Shown: positions 15,064 through 26,959 of the stretch, one piece after another
Position numbering within the stretch: the first letter of the stretch is position 1
Layout: each line of letters begins with the position of its first letter
NCBI GenBank assembly: GCA_964016885.1
Contig: OZ024743.1
Coordinates: forward strand, 174,344,001-174,408,000
From: Eledone cirrhosa
Taxonomy: Eukaryota
Direction of reading: 5' to 3'
Length of the DNA stretch: 64,000 nucleotides
The notes under the pieces: generated by a model
What the model was told of the DNA's origin: nothing
The model's database searches: none
The model's input: only the letters and a program-made list of their open reading frames with translations
Translations under genes and position numbers: made by a program

Positions 15064-16190
15064 CAGTAAGGTGGAGGAGTCGATCAAGGCCAAAAAGCAG
15101 GCTTGGAAAGTATGGCAGGATGGGGGAAGTAGAGAAGACTATCAAGTGGCCAGGAGGGAAGCTAGGAGACAAGTGTACTTCGCAAGAAGGGAAGCAGAGG
15201 AAAGAAAGTTCAAGCATGTTCTACAACGCGAGGACCAAACACGTGAGGTGTTCAGGATTGCTAGGCAATGTGTCAAGGAAAACCGTGATATTGTCGGGGA
15301 GAAGTGTGTCCTTAATGATGATGGTATACTTGCCATCACTGACGTTGATAAGAAGGTAGCTTGGAAGTATCACTACGAAAGGCTACTAAATGAGGAGAAT
15401 AATTGGGAGAAAGACAGTCTCACATCGATCCAATAGAGGGACCAGCAGTGCAAGTTGAAGGTAGTATAATAAGTAAGGCGATCAAAGACATGAAGACAGG
15501 CAAGGCGGCTGGGCCTTCGGAAATAGTTGCTGAAATGCTGAAAGCATCTGGAACGGTGGGACACACTATGGTCACCCGGATAGTAAACCAAGTCATACAG
15601 AATGGGGTCGCTCCGAAGGACTGGCGCAGCAGCAGCATCATTAACTGCTACAAGGGTAAAGGAGATGCCCTAGATAGGGGAAACTATAGAGGCATTAAAT
15701 TGACCAGGTCATGAAGGTCACAGAAAAAGTAATAGCGCAACTAATCAGAGAGTGAATTGATCTAGATGAAATGCAGTTCGGGTTTGTGTCAGGTAAAAGT
15801 ACAACAGACGCTCTTTTCATTGTACAACAACTACAGGAGAAGTACCTAGCTAAAAGTAAACCCCTATACTTAGCTTTTGTTGACTTGGAGAAAGCCTTTG
15901 ACAGACTAGGTGTTGATGAATGGCTTGTGAGAGCTATACAAGGCATCTATAAAGACAGTCAGCAAGGTTAGAATTAACAACGAATATAGTGAAGAGTTTA
16001 GCGTAAAAGTTGGTGTTCATCATTAGCCCCCTACTATTTATTATTGCCCTTCAGGCTATAACAGAGGAGGTCAAGACCGGCTGCCCATGGGAACTTTTAT
16101 ACGCAGATGATCTAACGCTCATAGCTGAATCAATGGCTGAACTAGAGAAGAAATTCCAAACATGGAAGCATGGCCTAGAATCAAAAATAC
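15064..16190 (+). mobile_element. RTE-clade LINE internal fragment (linker + RT), many frameshifts and deletions
   Basis: GKAAGPSEI, NYRGIKL, MQFGFVSG, FVDLEKAFD and LLYADD are spread over ORFs 14987-16198. Same family as 1-1617. Confidence 0.9.
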
Positions 16191-16299
16191 ACCTCTAACA
16201 AAAATACACCCCCGTCCCATCCACACCACCCCTTTCGATGTAAAGTTATGTTGGTACCACAACATCCAGTCCGAAATAATTGAGGTTGTGTAGGTGTCA

Positions 16300-16533
16300 C
16301 GAAAAAAAAAACACACAGTCCACGCTGTAATGTGGCCGTGTAGGTAACACGGTAAAAACCTCCCAGTCCACACTGTAAATGTGGTTGGTGTTAGGGAGGG
16401 CATCCAGCCGTAGAAAACCCGCCAGACAGTCCTACACAAGCAAGACAACCAATCTTGCCTCAAGTGGGAAAACTCCCATCCAAACCCATGCAAGCGTGGA
16501 AGATGGACGTTAAACGATGATGATGATGATGAT
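16300..16533 (+). mobile_element. SINE fragment with RTE-type (GAT)n tail
   Basis: Core gtggttggtgttagg.agggcatccagc.gta; near-identical copy at 24765-24966. Confidence 0.75.
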
Positions 16534-16538
16534 ATATA

Positions 16539-18560
16539 TCTAATATATATTTGTGAAATGGGTGGTGGTTGAAATTCAAATGATCACGGTTAAATGGTAG
16601 TTAACGTGGTTGGACTGACATGAAAATTTACACACCTATGTAAAAAGTGCCAAGGAAGCAAATAGATGAGGTTTCAAATCTCTAACTTGAAAAATGTGGT
16701 CCCTGGGGCCCCAAAACTATCGCGTTCGGTGAGTTATTTCCTCTGTTCTAATACTAACTCATCAATTTATTTCGCTGCGTTCTTTCGCAGCTTTCTTTCG
16801 CTGTTAACATGCAGTACCATTTTACGAAATGCCAATCCGAAAACGGTCACTGTTTTCCATCAAAAGATATAAAACCCTTAAAATGCGAAGAAGTGAGTCA
16901 TGTTCTCAAGTATGTTTTTTCAGATATCATTTTCATTTTATTTCTAATACATGTTAGCCACCACTAACAGTAAGTAGTATTTTTCGATTCATTGTCTTAT
17001 TTAAAATAACATATCAAAGACAACGTTATTTCGCCGTTAATAAACTTTTGGCTACTACAGTACGTTTCATTTTCATTTTTAAAATACAATTGCTCCATAT
17101 TAAATTTAAATAATTCTATAACGATCATACAGTACTGTTTTATGAAATCGATTCTGCAGTAGAATTTTACGAAATGCCAAAACGAAAAAGGTAACTGTTT
17201 TCTAACAAAAGAAATAAAACCCTTACATTACAAACCCCCTGTTCTAATACTGGAGTTAGTTATTTCCCCCTCTTCTAATAAATATCTAATATATAGAGGC
17301 CCCTCTTGCTGAGCAGCTCAATCAAAGTGTAAACTATCATACAGTACCGTTTTATGAAATCAATTCTGCAGTACCATTTTACGAAATGCCAAACCAAAAA
17401 CCGTCACAGTTTTCCATCAAAAGAAATAAAACCCTTAAATTGTGAAGAAGGGAGTCATGTTCTCAAGTACGTTTTTTCAGATATCATTTTCATTTTATTT
17501 CTAATACATGTTAACCACCACTAACAGTAAGTAGTATTTTTCAATTTATTGTCTTATTTAAAATAACATATCAAAGACAACGTTATTTCGCTGTTAATAA
17601 ACTTTTGGCTACTACAAGCTTCCATGGTTGCGGAGAAAATCGATGAAACAGGAATTTTCCATTCAAATTGAACTGAGAGTAATCTGTGAACGCAGAAGTA
17701 AATATTTCGAGAAACGTTGCAACCAAATGAAAACAGGAAGATGATATTTTGGTTTGTGAAGACGTTCCCTGGCAATGAACGAGAAAAAAAGCGAGGATAA
17801 TACGTCGTTATGTGGAGTGAGAAGAACAATTTCATGCAAAGACAAGACCAAGTTTATGGTATAAATGGAGTCGTTAGACTAATATTCTATTTAACATAAC
17901 AGAATGATTTCCAGCCCCGGAATTTAAGAATGATGTAAATAAAATTGAAAACGAAAATGACAGAGGTTATTAAAATAGTAAAAGTAAATAGTGAAGATTT
18001 AGGCCAGTACATACGTATGCCCCGACGGACGCACACATACATACATACCCCCCCTCACATACATACACACACACACAAATACATACCTCCCCACACACAC
18101 ACGAACGCATGCGCGTATGTATAAATCTTATGCATTTCTACAGTATTTTCACCAAACTTAAGACATAGGCTACTTATGTACTGCGGATGGTCATGGGCAC
18201 TCATTTTTCCAGATATTGATTATAGGGCCTCCCGGCAGATAACTCCTTTAACCACTTTAACCGCTTCCTTGGAGTCGACTGAAACACTGCAGTGCAATGC
18301 AACAAAACGTCATAACTTCTGGAGTTCGCAACCAATTTTCACAAAACTTGACACATGGGCTACGTTTGTCCTACAGATGAATGTGAACTCTCAGAATTGG
18401 CACATATTGAGTAGGGGACCCCTGGGAGGCAGGAACCCCCTTTTGGAAATAGCCGATGATTTTGTAAAAGTATACTTTTCGAAGCAGCACTGAAGTATTG
18501 ACATAAATGGTATACACAACTGCTATTTAATATCCGAGCAACGCCTGGTACCTCTGCTAG
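16539..18560 (+). mobile_element. Non-autonomous Helitron
   Basis: 5' TC(TAATATATA) after A. 3' ccgagcaacgcctgg...ctgCTAG followed by T, resembling the 3' end of the coding Helitron at 45873-45900. Internal duplication (~16810-17060 vs ~17367-17617) and a second TC-type start near 17285. Confidence 0.7.
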
Positions 18561-18570
18561 TATATATATA

Positions 18571-18912
18571 TGGAGGCACATGGCTTAGTGGTTAGAGCAT
18601 TGGGCTTGCAATCGAAAGGTTGTGAGTTCAATTCTCAGACCGGGTGATGTGTTGTTTCCTTGAGCAAGACACTTTATTTCACATTGCTCCAGTTTACTCA
18701 GCTGTAGAAATGAGATGATAGGGACTGGGGTCCCTATCATTCCACTGCAAAGTGGTCGTGGAGGTGCCATGGCAAAAAGCACCCAGCACTCACTGTAAAT
18801 GAGGTTGGTGTTAGGAAGGGCATCCAGCTGTAGAAATCAAGCCAGAATCAGTTCCCGTCCCACCCTTGCAAGCAAGGAAAAGCAGACGTAAAATGATGAA
18901 AATGATGATGAT
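18571..18912 (+). mobile_element. tRNA-derived SINE with RTE-derived 3' tail
   Basis: A box TGGCTTAGTGG, B box GAGTTCAATTC, core tccttgagcaagacact. The 3' end cccgtcccacccttgcaagcaaggaaaagc...(GAT)n matches the RTE tail at 11247-11310. Confidence 0.88.
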
Positions 18913-19415
18913 ATATATATACATAAAGAACATAAATTGCTCACAATTCTTACAGAATAACAATTCAAATATAGTGTCGTTGATAAACACAAATATAAAC
19001 ACATGTAACAAATACAGTTAACCTCACAAAAACAACACAACAAAATATATGACCTGAGTGAGAGAAGAAAAAAATACGGGGAAGCAAAAACGAAAATCAA
19101 TTCACCATCACTTGCGACAATCAGCCACATCACAAGTGTTAATTTGTTCCATATTTAGCAGATATATAATAATCACCATTTTAGCAATAAGGTATGATAG
19201 TAATATCACCAAGACTTTAGCATGTTTTTACATTATTTATTTAACAAAGGTTAAGAGGTGGATTAAGTTGGCATGCCAAAAGAAATGAAATAAATCAATT
19301 AAGATTGCAAGAGAAAGTACGGTCGACTGGCTGAGGTGCTTGGCCAGGCCTGTAGTAATGTTTTGTTGTTACATATTGTTTGTGCTTGCGGAGCAAAATA
19401 AGAAGTGGTGTTTAC

Positions 19416-19520
19416 CTTAGCATGGTCAAGCTGCAAGAGAGAGATTTCTGAATCGACGTGGGAATTTTTCCCTCAGGGCGGAAGTCGAGATACATTCTCC
19501 TACGCTGGCGGCGATTGGCT
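19416..19520 (-). promoter_or_regulatory. Putative promoter and first coding micro-exon of a divergently transcribed gene
   Basis: CpG-containing unique patch with ETS-like GGCGGAAGT (19477-19485) and CCAAT (19514-19518, minus strand). Minus strand reads accATGCTAAG|GTAAAC (ATG at 19423-19421, donor at 19415). Confidence 0.35.
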
Positions 19521-19705
19521 GAACTGAGCCAAACAACGCACAGAGAATGTATTCATGAGCCCTCGGATTGTAGGTCACTACACATATATATGTACAAAAC
19601 ACTAGTAATTTCTCAAATGATACCTCCTGTTATATATTGTTTAAACTTGTGTAATTGATACGCTGTGAGATGTATTTTATATGTATTGTTTCAACCTAAA
19701 ATTAG

Positions 19706-20727
19706 TGATCATCATCGACATCGTTTTTACGTGTTTTTTTTCATGCTTGTATGGGTTGGACGGATCCTACTCAGTTCAACATCTCTCCACTTATCATGTT
19801 CCTTCATCACCTCCTTTGCCAGTCTTAGAGATTCGAGGTCCGCTCTTACAACCTCTGTTAGGTCTTTCTTGGTCATGCTCTATTGCGGCTTCCTTCCTCT
19901 AGGATTTCCTGGCATTTCTTCACCCATTGGTCGGTGTCCATGTGCATTACATGTCCATACCAACACAGTATTCTCTCCTGCACACCATCTCGGATTCACC
20001 TTAAACCCAGCTTCTCTTTCAGCTCATCCAAGCTCTTCCTCTTTCTCACAACTTATATTGCTCATCCAATGAAACATGTTTGCTTCATATCCCTCCAATC
20101 TTTGCATATCCTCTGCAGCATTGCACACGGCACACAGGCATCATACTGCATTCCTTTTGTACGTAGGGAGAAACCTTTTGTTGTCACCAGTGGGAACAGT
20201 TCTCTAAACTTCTTTCCATCCTATCCTTATTCTAGCTATTATACTCTCAATTCACCTTCCTACACTGCTGATTAAGTCACCTAGATAGCAGAAGCTATCA
20301 ACCACATCTATGGATCCTTCCTGTGACTGGAAAAGGTTTATATCGTTAGCATTCTTCCTCTCGATTTCTCCTGTGCATCTTCTACAAGCAAAGTTCTCCC
20401 TTCCTGTTAGTCTACTTACTACCCCACTACATCTTTTGTGTACCTAAAATTTACATTGTGTACATTGTTTGGAGTTTATGCCTACTCCTTTTCTGCATAT
20501 TGAGCATGGCCACTTCCTTGAGGGAATCTGGGCCCTGTCTTCTTCTCTCCTACTCACTAGCACTTTAGTTTTGGTTAAGTTTACTCTCAGGCCTTTTGAT
20601 TTGGAATTTATTTTTTAGTTCTTTTTTTTTTTTGTTTCAGTTAGGACCGAATCATTTGCACAGTGAAGCTCTCATGGGCGACCCATTTTAAACTTTACTC
20701 TTATGGCCTGAAGAACTATGTGAACAG
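19706..20727 (-). mobile_element. RTE-clade LINE 3' fragment, degenerate
   Basis: Reverse complement resembles 10250-11290: zinc-finger region, [21 protein letters not shown] and the 3' tail. Confidence 0.82.
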
Positions 20728-21106
20728 ATATCATCATCATCATCATTTTACGTCCGCTTTTCCCTGCTTGCAAGGGTGGGACAGGAACTGATTCTGGCTT
20801 GATTTTTACAGCTGGATGCCCTTCCTAACACCAACCTCATTTACAGTGAGTGCTGGGTGCTTTTTTTCCGTGGCACCTACACGTCCACTTTACAGTGTGG
20901 GCTGGGTGGCACCTCCACGACCACTTTGCAGTGGAATGATAGGGACCCCAGTCCCTATCATCTCATTTCTACAGCTGAGTAAACTGGAGCAATGTGAAAT
21001 AAAGTGTCTTGCTCAAGGAAACAACACATCACCCGGTTTGAGAATTAAACTCACAACCTTTCAATTGCAAAGCCAATGCTCTAACCACTAAGCCATGTGC
21101 CTCCAT
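20728..21106 (-). mobile_element. tRNA-derived SINE, inverted near-copy of 18571-18912
   Basis: Reverse complement matches the SINE at 18571 almost base for base, with one extra internal repeat unit. Confidence 0.88.
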
Positions 21107-21237
21107 ATATATTTATATATATATATAGTAATAATAGTAAATTTGAAGACTAAAAGCCAAAGAGGGCTTGATAAGAATAAATATATATCAAATATATAAG
21201 AATCGTAGAGCAAATATTTATTAAAATAACAGATTAA

Positions 21238-21288
21238 AGTTTAAGCAAAGAATCGCTGCTTTCACCCTTAACAGGATCTTCTGAAACT
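21238..21288 (-). ncRNA. Hammerhead-like motif (CAGAAGA core variant), inverted pLTR copy
   Basis: Reverse-complement copy of 23907-23957 with one stem II change. Confidence 0.5.
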
Positions 21289-21568
21289 AACAAAGTCAAT
21301 CTGTAAACGCAGAAGTGGATATTTCAAAAAACGTTGCAACTGGAGGAAGACAGGAAGACGATACTTTGGTTCGTGGAAACGTTCCCTTCACAAAACATAC
21401 AGGTAATATATACTTACCTATGCAAAAAAATAATGGTATAAACATAACATATACTTAGCTACCACATCAAGACGTAAAATATCCACGTATAGATCGTACT
21501 ATCCGTTAGGGTATAATGTGGGGCTGTAATACAGGAATGTTTGAGCACTCTATTGACTTATATTCATC

Positions 21569-23698
21569 ATGCAGAAACAACGTCTGAATATTTCTACAAA
21601 GAACATACCCGTACCAAGCAGGAACACATACCTAAAACTCCTGATACAGAAAACAGACGCGTTCATTAAAAGGCTGCGTTGGCGTGCCTTTTATTTCGAT
21701 AATCCGCGAAAAGCAGACAACAAACAGGATAAATTTGGGTTTAAAACCTATAATAACCCTCCATGTAACCCAGCATTGCTACCCTTCGAAAATGATGTCT
21801 TGGAACTCATACGGAGTATCACATTTCGGAATAGGAGCAATTCCTTCCAGCAGGACCTGAAGAATAGAATTCATTCTATTAAGGATTCTAATGCCGTGCA
21901 CGTCCATTCCGACAAAACTGGCAACCTATATCAAATGGAGCGCAGTACTTACCATCAACTACTACATAATGCTGTAACTAAGGATTACCGTAAAACTAAT
22001 CGGTGCGTCATCAATGAAATCAACGATGCTGGGTTTAAAATCACCTCTGATCTCAACATCCTGGACCGGACCGAACGTCTGGACCCTATTTCCCCCCACT
22101 TTACCCTGAAGGATCACAAATCCAATTTTCCGAACAACCCCTCTATTCGGCTTATTAACCCTATGAAGTCCGATTTAGGTAGACTTAGTAAAAGGATTCT
22201 GGATAGAATTATACCTAAAATTAGAAGTTTGGCCCCTCTTGCACTGTGGAACAATTCCTTCGCGGTGATTGATTGGTTCAACGGCATATGCAACAAGGAA
22301 CATTGCCGTTTTATCCAATTCGACATCAATAATTACTACTCCTCCATCACTTTACCACTTCTCCTTAGAGCTATCAATTTCGCTTAAACACTCACAGTGG
22401 TTAAGGATTTCGAAGTTGATGTCATCCTCAATGCCTGTAAGTCGGTGATTAATTTCGACGACTCTATTTGGATTAAAAAATCCAATAGTACCCCATTCGA
22501 CGTGAGTATGGGCGCCAGCGATTCTGCGGAGGTTACTGATCTTATCGGCCTTTTCCTTCTTTTTTCTATCAAGGACGAATTCCCCAATGCGGGCAGTGGT
22601 TTGTACCGTGATGATGGTCTTTTGACCATGACTAAGTGCGGCCCTCGTGCTTGCGACAGGTTCAGAAAAGAACTCACGGCCTTCTTTAAAAGCTTCAACC
22701 TCTCTATACAGGTTGAGGCCAACCTCTCGGTCGTTAATTACCTCGACGTTACCCTCAATTTATCGAATGGCTTGTATTACCCGTATAGAAAGCCGAATGC
22801 TATGCTTAATTACATAAGTAAGCATTCCAACCATCCTGCCAGCATAACCAAGAACCTGGTAAGAAACGTTTCGTTAAGGCTTTCCCGTCTATCTACTAAC
22901 GAGCATATTTTCAACGACCATTCCACTTATTACAATGAAGCTCTAGCTCGGAGTGGATTTATCGATAAGATAGCATATACAGAGTACGAGAATAGACCTA
23001 GAAGAAATAGATCCCGTCACATTATATGGTATAACCCACCATATAATATGGAGGTGGCCACACCATTAGCTAAGATCTTTCTATCCCTTATTACGAAGCA
23101 TTTTCCCCCTACACATAAATATAGTCAAATTTTTAATAGAAATACTATTAAAATTTCTTACTCTATGACTCCTAACCTTGCACATAACATCACAGCTTCA
23201 AATTTAGCTAAACTACCTAGCCGTAGGAACACGTGCAACCCTGTAGTTAGTACTAACTGTAATTGTAGGAATCGGGTTGATTGCCCCTTTTCCGAGAAAT
23301 GCCTCTCTAGTAACATTGTCTACAAATGTAAGGTTGAAACACCCACGTCCCGTAGGGCCTACATAGGGTTTACTGCCAATAGATTCAAGCAGTGTCTTTA
23401 CATGCATACCCATTCTTTTCGTTACCCTCTAAGAAGGAATATGACGACACTTTCAGCTTATATCTGGAGTCTAAAAGACAACCACACCCAATATAAGTTA
23501 CACTGGGAGATCCTAGCTAGGGCTAGATCGTATAACGGAAATAAAAGACCATGTGACCTCTGCGCCGCTGAGGCCCTTGAAATACTCTACGCCACAGACC
23601 ACATCTTAAACAAAAAATCTGAGGCAATTTCGGCTTGTAAACATAAATTGCACAAAACTTTCCTGTATTACAGCCCCACGTTATACCCTAACGGATAG
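21569..23698 (+). pseudogene. PLE reverse transcriptase-GIY-YIG ORF with a single premature stop
   Basis: ORFs 21569-22387 and 22397-23698 are in the same frame (offset 828 nt). Confidence 0.88.
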
Positions 23699-23906
23699 CA
23701 CGATCTATACGTGGATATTTTACGTCTTGATGTGGTAGCTAAGTATATGTTATGTTTATACCATTACTTATTTGCATAGGTAAGTATATATTACCTGTAT
23801 GTTTTGTGAAGGGAACGTTTCCACGAACAAAAGTATCGTCTTCCTGTCTTCCTCCGGTTGCAACGTTTTTTGAAATATCCACTTCTGCGTTTACATATTG
23901 ACTGTT

Positions 23907-23957
23907 AGTTTCAGAAGATCCCGTTAAGGGTGAAAGCAGCGATTCTTTGCTTAAACT
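23907..23957 (+). ncRNA. Hammerhead-like motif in the PLE 3' pLTR, non-canonical core CAGAAGA
   Basis: agttt-CAGAAGA-tcccgttaagggt-GAAA-gca gcgattctt tgc-TT-aaact. All three stems pair; U4 is replaced by A. Confidence 0.55.
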
Positions 23958-24354
23958 TTAATCTGTTATTTTAATCTATATATATATATATATATATATA
24001 TTGAATATTATACTCTTGATTTGGCCAGAGATGAATATTTCCAGATACCTTTTAAGCGTAACTTTCCGTATTTATTATTATTATGAAATATTGATTGTTA
24101 TTCTGGTATCATATCTCTGTTTTTAGCCTAAGAAAATACCTATATACGTGTATAATTAATACATGCATACATTTATTTTAAAAAAATCTAATTGAGTTCT
24201 TCACACGCAGGGTTAAAATTGTTGAAAAAATTAATTGACCCACGTGTAAATTATTTTACTTTCTTGTGTTTCGCGATTGCCTCCCTTTTCCGCTTCATGA
24301 CGCTGTGAGATTCCTCATTCTGAGACTGCTGGAATTTCAAATTTGGCGGTCATT

Positions 24355-24397
24355 ATGATGCGGAGAGGGACAATTGCTGACATGAATTTTGACATCG
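24355..24397 (+). CDS. N4BP2: N4BP2-like gene, putative first coding exon (MMRRGTIADMNFDI)
   Basis: ATG in a CpG-containing unique patch. Donor G|GTAAGA is phase 1, matching the phase-1 acceptor at 40602. Confidence 0.5.
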
Positions 24398-24764
24398 GTA
24401 AGAGAATTTTTCTCATATCAATGTTTGACGGGCATCCACTGATGATTTATAAGTACCCACCTGCGTATGTTCTTACAGAAAGATGTGCAGGCTTCTACAT
24501 AACCCGGACACATTCTCCCAACTTGTAGAAAACTTATAATGAAACAATTGTTTGGAAAGGGAGATGTATTTTAATTTTAATTATATCTCATATAAAATAA
24601 TACAACTGGCTTTCCACAAAATACATATAGTTAGCACCCCAAACATAAAATTGGGATTATACTAAGGTATACCCTAATGTTTGTTGAGTGAGATGGAAGC
24701 CAGTCAGAGTATAGCTTCAGGCTTTCTCTGTTAATGTATTGTATATATATATATATATATATAT

Positions 24765-24966
24765 CCGTGTAGGCAACACGGTAAAAACCTCCCAGCCCCA
24801 CACTGTAAATGTGGTTGGTGTTAGGAAGGGCATCCAGCTGTAAAAAACCCGCCAGACAGTCCTATGCGAGCAAGACAACCACTCTTGCCTCAAGTGGGAA
24901 AACTCCCGTCCAAACCCATGCAAGCGTGGAACATGGACGTTAAACGATGATGATGATGATGATGAT
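24765..24966 (+). mobile_element. SINE fragment with RTE-type tail
   Basis: Near-identical to 16335-16533. Confidence 0.75.
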
Positions 24967-25559
24967 ATATATATATACACCCACATCACAGTTAGTAGAA
25001 TGTCTACTTGACCATTATTTCCTACGAAGGAACTGCAGCATTAACCTAGTAGCATTTACTAAGATCCCCACTCTGAGTGTTTTATGCAATAGAACTATAT
25101 TGCCTTGAACCCCTGTCAGTTTCAATGTTGAGTATTCCTGTTGTTTGACCAACATAATTGCCTTCTCATGAAATTAATGTGCAAGTGGCTGAGCATTCCA
25201 CAGAAACGTACCCCTTTAACCTTTTAGTTACCAACCCAGCTAAAACCGGATCTGGTTCTATGAAATAAAACCACCCATTTTAAATGTTTCCAAAGTAAAT
25301 TAAAATCTTCCAACATAGAGAGATACTGATAGAGTGATTATGATTTTCTACACACTGACGCGTATGTGCACATACATCTATATGTATGAGTATATAACTA
25401 TAATCATGCAAACTTATAAAAATACATGCTCACGGACATACATTCAGATAAATACACATACTTTCACACATACATTTACACAAACACACATTCACACAAA
25501 AACAGATACAGTCATGATAGCGTTCGATGAATTGGAAATGGGAGAGTAAAACAAGTATA

Positions 25560-25990
25560 ATGTTTTATTTATCTATTAACAATACAGTTTAACTCTTTTT
25601 TTCTTTTAAACTCATTTGTATAAAAATTTTATATAATGCTTACAGAATGAAAACACTAATGTATACAAAGGAAAGGGAAAGGAAAAAAAGAAAGAAAAAT
25701 ACACAAGCATGTAATACACACATCTAAGACCACATAGAACAAAATGCAGGCAAAAGAGTGGAAAAAACGAGACGCTACCAGAGCAAACGATAACAATATA
25801 CCGAGGAGCACTGGGAAACCTCTTTAATTATTTTTGAGGCAAGCCAGCATGCTCGCAGCGTTACCTGGGGTGATGGCGAGGCTGAGGTGCTGGAACAATC
25901 AAGTGCCCTCATGAGCATCACCAGTTACTTCTGTTTGGCGATATGCCAGTGAAGATAAGAACCTTGCTGTCAGTTGTTAGGACATCAGGG
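25560..25990 (-). mobile_element. CRE-like (REL endonuclease) non-LTR retrotransposon 3' fragment
   Basis: Minus strand encodes ..EGT*LFQHLSLAITPGNAASMLACL, resembling the CRE-clade C-terminal L.QRLS.A..RGNA motif, followed by a 3'UTR with AATAAA. Confidence 0.6.
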
Positions 25991-26079
25991 TTTGAGACAA
26001 AACTACACTTGATTAATGAATGACAGCTTGCTCATACGTTTTATATTTTAACATAGTTTTTACAGTTTGATGTCCTTCA

Positions 26080-26610
26080 TCATCATCTCATCATCTTCTT
26101 TTAACGTCCATCTTCCATGCTAGCATGGGTTAGACTTCCTAATGCCAACCATTTTATAGAATGTATTGAGTACATTTTATTTTGGAACCATCACCACCAC
26201 TTTATGTAGTGTACTTGGATATTTTTTATTTTTTTTATTGTGGCCCCATCACTACCACTTTACAGAGTGTATTGGGTGCATTTTATTGTGGAACCATTAC
26301 TACCACTTTACAGAGTACTAGGTGTATTTTATTGTGGCACCAACACTACATCTTTACAGAGTGTACTGGGTGATTTTATTGTAGCCCCAACACTACCACT
26401 TTACAGAGTCCTGGGTGCATTTTATTGTGGCATTGTCACTACCACTTTACAGAGTACTAGGTGCATTTTATTGTGGTGCCAGAACTACCTCTTTATAAAG
26501 AGTATTGGGATGCATTTTATGGTGGCACCATCACTATCACTTTACTGAGTGTACTGAGTACATTTTATTGTGGCACCAACACTAACACATTACAGAGTGT
26601 ATTCATTGGA
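26080..26610 (-). repeat. Degenerate ~47-bp tandem array derived from the SINE core
   Basis: About 10 diverged units ttttattgtggcaccatcactaccactttacagagtgtactgggtgca next to an RTE-type (CAT)n tail. Confidence 0.75.
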
Positions 26611-26959
26611 CTGCAACCATGCTGTAGTACCAATGTTAAGGTTTCTAATCAATTGTATTAACACCAGTAGTTATTTAACCCTTTCATTACCATATTTAAA
26701 ATGAAATACATTATTATCATCATCATACGTCTACTTTTCCATGTATTTCAAAGGATTTAGTATATTATTATTTATTTCAGTATTATGATGGTATTTGTAA
26801 CTTAAATTATCAAACTATCATAGAAAATATTATTTTAAATAGATTTATTTTAAAATGGATGATTTTATAGAACCAGGTGGGTTGGTATGAAAAGAGTTGA
26901 GTCTCATACTTATTTTCTCGATGTTATCCAACCATCTTGCCCGGAGTCTACCCCTGAGT

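Larger units (their letters stand above)
21128..23975 (+). mobile_element. Penelope-like element (RT + C-terminal GIY-YIG) with ~316-bp inverted terminal repeats; possibly Hydra clade
   Basis: Reading frame 21569-23698 with one in-frame TAA at 22385-22387. Motifs: KNIPVP..FIKRLRWRA, SDKTGN, FDINNYYSSI, MGA..SAE, LYRDDGL, YLDVTL, CNCR..CP..C, VY...YIG, CDLC, LNKKSE. 21220-21537 is the reverse complement of 23660-23975. (TA)n lies on both sides. Confidence 0.92.

Noticed and set aside
18571-18655. tRNA gene (also SINE heads near 39065, 55850, 59745)
   Set aside because: A/B boxes are present but there is no convincing cloverleaf, and at 18571 the head runs into a SINE core and LINE tail.
22385-22387. 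Selenocysteine or readthrough recoding of the Penelope in-frame stop
   Set aside because: The codon is TAA, not TGA, and the element has a C-terminal endonuclease unlike the selenoprotein-encoding Naiads; a nonsense mutation or sequencing error is more likely.
21220-23975. DNA transposon defined by long TIRs
   Set aside because: It encodes a PLE RT and GIY-YIG rather than a transposase, and the arm overlaps the ORF 3' end as expected for an inverted pLTR.
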